From assembly GCF_006345805.1 (NCBI RefSeq), contig NC_043005.1, positions 104,904,001-104,968,000 on the forward strand: a stretch of DNA of 64,000 nucleotides. Reading direction: 5' to 3'. The notes beneath the pieces are model-generated. The model saw only the letters and a list, made by a program, of their open reading frames with translations. It was not told the DNA's origin and did no database searches. Source of the stretch: Octopus sinensis. Taxonomy: Eukaryota. Below, piece by piece: positions 57,841 to 64,000 of the stretch; the stretch's first letter is position 1; every line of letters begins with the position of its first letter. The position numbers were made by a program, and so were the translations under genes.

Positions 57841-57944
57841 TTTCTTACTGATGAATCTATCGGCCTATGGAAGATTGACTTGATTTAATTTAATCAGGTT
57901 AGTTTACCATTAACAATAGATGAAACGGTGCATCGTATAAGAAA
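57841..57944 (+). ncRNA. Type I hammerhead ribozyme, copy R1 (intact core)
   Basis: tttctta-ctgatga-atctat...atagat-gaaa-cggtgcatcg-ta^taagaaa; predicted cut after 57937. Confidence 0.88.
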
Positions 57945-58319
57945 TTACAGGGTAAATGTTTTTTTAATTTCTCCCTGGTTTGCGGAATTAATGTTATTTT
58001 GCGGTTGAAGCTTTGGCTGTTATTTCTAGTGGGTGATGGCCTATTATGGCCATTCCTTGATTGTGATGTTGAACTTATAAATGGTCTATGACTATTTAAT
58101 TTTTTTCCCACTAGGCGCTGGTGGCAAATAAATTCTACGAATTTTTTGCCACCCTATATGATTAATTATGAATTTTTGGTTAATTCCGTAATGGAATCGG
58201 CGGCTTATTTTGCTGCCGATAAATTTGGCGCGAGTGCGATGATTGTGAAAATTAGGTAGATATTGCCGAGGCAGGGACAGAGGTGCCTCGTGTGATAATA
58301 TCTGCTCGGATCTTGGCTG

Positions 58320-58421
58320 TTTCTTACTGATGAATCTATCGGCCTATGGAAGATTGACTTGATTTATTAATCAGGTTAGTTTACCATTAAACAATAGATG
58401 AACGGTGCATCGTATAAGAAA
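58320..58421 (+). ncRNA. Type I hammerhead ribozyme, copy R2 (GAA instead of GAAA)
   Basis: Same motif with one A missing. Confidence 0.72.
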
Positions 58422-58799
58422 TTACAGGGTAAATGTTTTTTTAATTTTCTCCTGGTTTGCGGAATTAATGTTATTTTGCGGTTGAAGCTTTGGCTGTTAT
58501 TTCTAGTGGGTGAATGGCCTATTATGGCAATCCTTGATTGTGATGTTGAAATTATAAATGGTCTATGACTATTTAATTTTTTTCCCACTAGGCCGCAGGT
58601 GGCAAATAAATTCTACGAAATTTTTGCCACCCTATATTGATTAATTATGAATTTTCTGGTTAATTCCGTAATGGAATCGGCGGCTTATATTTGCTGCCGA
58701 TAAATTTGGCGCGAGTGCGATGATTTGAAAATTTTAGGTCAGATATTGCGAGGCAGGGACAGAGGTGCCTCGTGATAATATCTGCTCGGATCTTGGCTG

Positions 58800-58904
58800 T
58801 TTCTTACTGATGAATCTATCGGCCTATGGAAGATTGACTTGATTTAATTTAATCAGGTTAGTTTACCATTAAACAATAGATGAAACGGTGCATCGTATAA
58901 GAAA
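58800..58904 (+). ncRNA. Type I hammerhead ribozyme, copy R3 (intact, cleanest copy)
   Basis: Stem I 58800-58806/58898-58904 (7 bp); CTGATGA 58807-58813; stem II ATCTAT 58814-58819 / ATAGAT 58876-58881; GAAA 58882-58885; GTA triplet 58895-58897. Confidence 0.9.
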
Positions 58905-59285
58905 TTACAGGGTAAATGTTTTTTTAATTTTCTCCTGGTTTGCGGAATTAATGTTATTTTGCGGTTGAAGCTTTGGCTGTTATTTCTAGTGGGTGAATGG
59001 CCTATTATGGCCATTCCTTGATTGTGATGTTGAACTTATAAATGGTCTATGACTATTTAATTTTTTTCCCACTAGGCCGCTGGTGGCAAATAAATTCTAC
59101 GAAATTTTTTGCCACCCTATATTGATTAATTATGAATTTTCTGGTTAATTCCGTAATGGAATCGGCGGCTTATATTTGCTGCCGATAAATTTGGCGCGAG
59201 TGCGATGATTTGAAAATTTTAGGTCAGATATTGCCGAGGCAGGGACAGAGGTGCCTCGTGATAATATCTGCTCGGATCTTGGCTG

Positions 59286-59389
59286 TTTCTTACTGATGAA
59301 TCTATCGGCCTATGGAAGATTGACTTGATTTAATTTAATCAGGTTAGTTTACCATTAAACAATAGATGAACGGTGCATCGTATAAGAAA
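59286..59389 (+). ncRNA. Type I hammerhead ribozyme, copy R4 (GAA instead of GAAA)
   Basis: Same motif with one A missing. Confidence 0.72.
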
Positions 59390-59637
59390 TTACAGGGTAA
59401 ATGTTTTTTTAATTTTCTCCTGGTTTGCGGAATTAATGTTATTTTGCGGTTGAAGCTTTGGCTGTTATTTCTAGGGGTGAATGGCCTATTATGGCCATTC
59501 CTTGATGTTGAACTTATAAATGGTCTATGACTATTTAATTTTTTCCACTAGGCCGCTGGTGGCAAATAAATTCTACGAAATTTTTTGCCACCCCTAGTGA
59601 TTAATTATGTATATATATATATGTATATATATTATAT

Positions 59638-59691
<54 letters not shown>

Positions 59692-59697
<6 letters not shown>

Positions 59698-60976
59698 GTT
59701 GTCAGGAAAGTTCGTGCCGATTAATAGTAGCTTACCTTTCGACTTATTTTAGAACATAGTTGAGTCCATAAAATAGGATTTGACTACACCTCCATTTAGA
59801 GCAGAGCTTAAGCTATCTTGTCGGGAGAAGGCTTATGTTCCTATAACCTGTGTTAATTCTGTAACCCTTTAAAATGGAAGATAAGAAAGTTCATTTTCGG
59901 CACTTGATGCTTTCTTTTTCCGTAAAGGGAAAAATACCTCACAAGCAACCAAAGAAATATGCGCAGTTTACGGTGATGTTTCTTTATCCGAAAGAACAGT
60001 ACGGAAGTGGTTCGCAAGGTTCCGAGCTGGAGATTGTAACCTTATTGATAAAGAGCAATCAGGCAGACCATCCGCTACAGATGAAGACCAAATCAAGTCA
60101 TTAATTGAGAATAACCCACATTGCACAACCCGAGAATTGGCAGAAAGCCTCAACCTATCAAAATCCGTCGTTCATGAGCACCTGGTAAAGCTTGGATACA
60201 CAAATCGTTACGATGTATGGGTACCACATAAGTTGAGTGAGAAGAACTTTTTGGATCGCATTTCCATCTGTGATTCGCTTTATAAACTGAATGAAAACGC
60301 GCATTTTTTTAAAGCAAATTGTGAAAGATGATGAAAAATGGATTACCTACCGAAATGTTCAGAGAAAGCGATTCTGGAGTAAGCGACATGAGACACCCTT
60401 AGCTATCCCAAAAGTGGGCCTTCACCCTAAAAAAGTCTTGCTTTGTGTTTGGTGGGATTGGAAAGAAATTCTGTACTATGTGCTTCTCCCAAGTAACCAG
60501 ACAATTAATTCTGAGAAACACTGCACACAACTGGACGAGTTAAAAGCAGCAATTCAAGAGAAACGTCCAGAATTGGCCAACAGGAAAGGTGTTGTTTTCC
60601 AACATGATAATGCAAGACCGCACGTTTTTTTGGGAACCAGCAAAAATTGCTGCAGCTCGTCTGGGATGTTCTACCCCACTCTCCATTTTCCCCAGATATT
60701 GCTCCTTCTGATTTCCACTTATTCAGGTCTCTGCAGAATAGTCTTAACGGTAAAAATTTCAATTCCTTGGATGACATAAAAAGATACCTTGATGAATTCT
60801 TTGCCATGAAACCACCTCAATTCTGGGAAGAGGGTATTTTCAAGTTAAAGGAAAGATGGAGACGCATTGTGCAACAAAATAGTTCGTATTTGGTTGATTA
60901 AAAATGTAATGGCAAGTATTTATTGACCTTTTTCTTTTCTTTAAAAATCGGCACGAACTTTCCAGACAACCCTATA
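59692..60976 (+). mobile_element. Full-length mariner (DD34D) transposon, ~1.28 kb, TA target duplication, inserted in (TA)n
   Basis: TA|TTGGGTTGTCAGGAAAGTTCGTGCCGATT (59694-59722) and AATCGGCACGAACTTTCCAGACAACCCTA|TA (ends 60974): 29-bp TIRs with 2 mismatches. Confidence 0.95.
59874..60901 (+). pseudogene. Mariner transposase, three single-base frameshifts, no in-frame stops seen
   Basis: MEDKKVHFRHLML../FRKGKNTSQATKEICAVYG..WFARFRAG..SGRP..WVPHKL../LKQIVKDDEKW..HDNARPH../..HSPFSPDIAPSDFHLF; 34 residues between the last two catalytic Asp. Confidence 0.92.
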
Positions 60977-61060
60977 GAATTATAAAAGAGCATAAAAAAA
61001 TTTTCTTTGCCTATTTCACCTTAACAGCCTGATATATATATATATATACATATGTATGTG

Positions 61061-61093
<33 letters not shown>

Positions 61094-61143
61094 TTATGAA
61101 TGCATGTATGTATGTATGTATGTGTAACTGAAGTACAGTTGGG

Positions 61144-61277
61144 TACGGTTGGACATTTATTTTTTAATCACTACAATTGTTTCCACGCAACGTAGTTCGC
61201 TGGGCGTACCTGCACGCCCAGGGAACTACGTTGCGTGGAATCAATTGTAGTGATTAAAAAATAACTGTTTAACCCTA
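61144..61277. repeat. Near-perfect palindrome (51-bp arms, 6-nt loop), MITE- or hairpin-RNA-like
   Basis: ttattttttaatcactacaattg(t)ttccacgcaacgtagttc(g)ctgggcgt-acctgc-acgcccag(g)gaactacgttgcgtggaa(t)caattgtagtgattaaaaaataa, with weaker outer pairing to TA ends. Confidence 0.9.
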
Positions 61278-62280
61278 CATCTTCATGTTGACTCCAATTT
61301 CTTCAATTTCTTTTTCAGTTAACCATTCACACACGACAGATGTCCAAATGCAAACCTGGAAGTCGTACAATACAACTACTGGACAGCACATTGGTAAATT
61401 TGTAGGAGAAAGAGATTTACACTGTACTCTACTAAGTTCTTGACAGAATATACCATAATAATATATAAATATATATCATGCAGTACTATCTATAACGCAT
61501 TTATCTATGTTTCTTTTGTTGTATTTGCTGATGAGTTAGTTGTGATGGTAACAGAGATGACACTGTTCATGATAGTGTCTCCACAATGCATACGCAAACA
61601 TACATCAATATATCGCACAAAAACTATCAATCAATAAATAACTTGGGACCGTTTATCGCCTCGCTCTCGGAATCGGCTGCAGAAGGGGACCAAGAAATTA
61701 ATCGTTGATGTTGTAACCCAACTAACCTTATGACTACCATTCTATATGACAAACATAAAGATCAACATATACAAGTGCATTCGTTTACATAAATATATAC
61801 ACACGTGCATACATGTAAACCTTCACAAATATAATAAACACATTCTCTCTCTCTCTCTCTCACTCTCTCTCTCTCTCGCTCTCTCTCCTCTCTCTCGCTC
61901 TCTCTCTCTCTCTCTCACACACACATATACAGACACACACGCATACACACACTCACATACATCTAGACACGACGCAAAGACATACTTCTTTAATCTCTAT
62001 ACACATACAAATATAACATACACACACCACATAAACACATATGCTCGTGCAAACTTCTTCAAGCACAATCCCTGCACACATTCACAAATAAACATGAAAC
62101 CATTTACGCAAACAAATTAGATAATTCTACATAAAGTCTCATGTATGCACACAAATTCATGTATAACACTTCAGACACACATAAACACTCGCGCACGCGC
62201 ACGCACGCACTCACACACATACACACACGTGCAGCTTTCTCATTATATATACACTATATATATATATATGCATGTGTGTA

Positions 62281-62325
<45 letters not shown>

Positions 62326-62485
62326 ATATATATGTGTGAGTATGTATGTATGTGTATATATATATATATATATATAAATGTGAAACAAGGTGGAAAAAAG
62401 AGCACTATTCAACAAAACCTGTTACTCTGAGTTTCCGTTGCCGTTCATCGGATAGTTTTTGCTGCTTCAAATAAAGTATATATAC

Positions 62486-62554
<69 letters not shown>

Positions 62555-62561
62555 GTGTGTG

Positions 62562-62603
<42 letters not shown>

Positions 62604-63296
62604 ATATATATATATACACATAACCACACACAAGCACGGACATATGCTTGCACACACACACGCACGTACACACGCACGTACACACGCACATTCACACACA
62701 CACACACTCTCTCTCTCTCACACACACATACACACACATCCATAAATACCCAACTCCACTATTGCACCTTCCCCCTACCGCGTATTATTATCAGCCTGTC
62801 TATTTCCTGACGAATCAATAACATTAACAGTGCATCAGTACTAAAAGACCGACATAAACACATTAGGGTGGCCTCTAAGTAGTCCGCTAGAAATAACAGC
62901 CAGTTTCTCTCATATTACATCCCATCAACATGAAAATGACACATTAGATAATGTGGGCCTGAGTTACCAGAAGGGAGAAAGCCGGGTAAGTCACACTTGG
63001 AATACCTTTGATATTAGATCTGCTGAATCAGCTTGGGATTAATAGCAACGACACAACACCATGTGCGTGCGTGTCTGTGTGTGCGTGCGTGTCTGTGTGT
63101 GTGTGCGTGTCTGTGTGTGCGTGCACGCGCCTATGTGTATGCGTATGTGTGTTTGTGTGGATCTAAGCGTCTCTATTACTCCACCCCACTCTCTCACTGT
63201 CTCTCTGTGTCTCCCTTGAGAGATGGCATATATATGTACATATATGAGTTTGCATATGTGTAAATGTATATATATATGTATGTATGTATATATCTA

Positions 63297-63356
<60 letters not shown>

Positions 63357-63499
63357 AGTATATATATATGTGTGTGTGTATGTATATATACACAGGGACA
63401 CACACACATATATACACACACACACACAACACACACACATATAATATAAACACACACACACGCACATATGTATATGTATATTTGTGTATGTTCATCACC

Positions 63500-63670
63500 A
63501 CTTGACAATCGGTGTTGTTTTGTTTATATCCACGTAAACCAGCGGTTGGGCAAAAGGGACTGATATAGAATAAATCTCAGGCTTGGAAATAAATAGTAGG
63601 GGTCGCTTTGTTTGTGATAACTCTTCACGGTGGTGCCCCAGAATAGCGGCAGGCCAATGACAACAAAAAA
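63500..63670 (+). mobile_element. SINE family B 3' module, diverged
   Basis: caccacttgacaatcggtgttg...ttatatccacgtaaaccagcggttgggcaaaag...ggtgccccagaatagcggcag. Confidence 0.65.
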
Positions 63671-64000
63671 TGGAAGATATCATAACTAAGATGTTCGTGA
63701 TTGATTCTAAACTTGGGAATTCGGTAAAGTGAGGTGTGTCCACATTCTCACGAAGCAACAACGATCTCTGGCGTGATTTAGTGACAGTTGTGCGGTAGTT
63801 TCTGTCTGGTAGCCGGATGATGTAATTGCCCGTGTCTTCGTGTAGCTATTGATTGTAGTAATTTGTTGTTTAGATGACATATGTTGGTACTTTTTCGTTT
63901 AACAAAGTACAGATCCATTCAAATATTATCAAAGTATTTTGCTCCTCATAACTCACCTTTTTAGTAAGAATAAAAAAAACCCAGTTTGCATCCATACAAT

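Larger units (their letters stand above)
55200..59609. mobile_element. Tandem array of a 486-nt hammerhead-ribozyme-containing unit (retrozyme-like). Left arm ~4.7 units (ribozyme sense on -), right arm ~4.4 units (sense on +), joined head-to-head at ~57470
   Basis: Unit starts at 55200, 55686, 56167, 56652 and 57133; reverse-complement units run from 57471 to 59609. CTGATGA period is 486 (58807 to 59293). No conserved ORF; many internal hairpins. Confidence 0.92.

Noticed and set aside
57430-58588. Short ORFs in the array (MGKKLNSHRPF...)
   Set aside because: Length and frame vary between copies through indels, there is no recognisable domain, and the unit is better explained as structured RNA.
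59195-59225. Second minimal hammerhead within the unit (gcgatgatttgaaa)
   Set aside because: Lacks the CUGA core and flanking stem I; no opposite-polarity ribozyme found in the unit.
55200-59609. Array as a CRISPR locus or a simple read fold-back chimera
   Set aside because: No spacers; the units are whole-length repeats. A pure fold-back would mirror the left flank on the right, but the arms end at different unit positions with different flanks. Artefact is disfavoured, not excluded.

Overview
This is a 64 kb eukaryotic window that is AT-rich and saturated with microsatellites. Its SINE repertoire and repeat density suggest an octopus or other coleoid cephalopod (inference). I found no confidently supported host protein-coding gene. 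Most long ORFs in the track are translations of (TA)n, (TG)n, (TATG)n or trinucleotide repeats. The recognisable content is mobile DNA: several tRNA-headed SINE families, decayed R4/Dong-like (restriction-like endonuclease, RLE) and CR1-like LINEs, a Helitron-like insert, a Tc1 remnant, a deleted mariner, a full-length near-intact DD34D mariner, fold-back (MITE-like) palindromes and local tandem duplications. The stand-out feature is a 4.4 kb array at 55200-59609 made of a 486-nt non-coding, hairpin-rich unit. Every unit carries a type I hammerhead ribozyme (CUGAUGA...GAAA...GUA^), nine copies in total. The array has two multimeric arms joined head-to-head at about 57470, with both 3' ends in TA microsatellite. 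This looks like a tandem retrozyme (a circular-RNA retroelement) inserted by a double-primed, rolling-circle-like event. A separate minimal Penelope-type hammerhead relic lies at 21122-21159.
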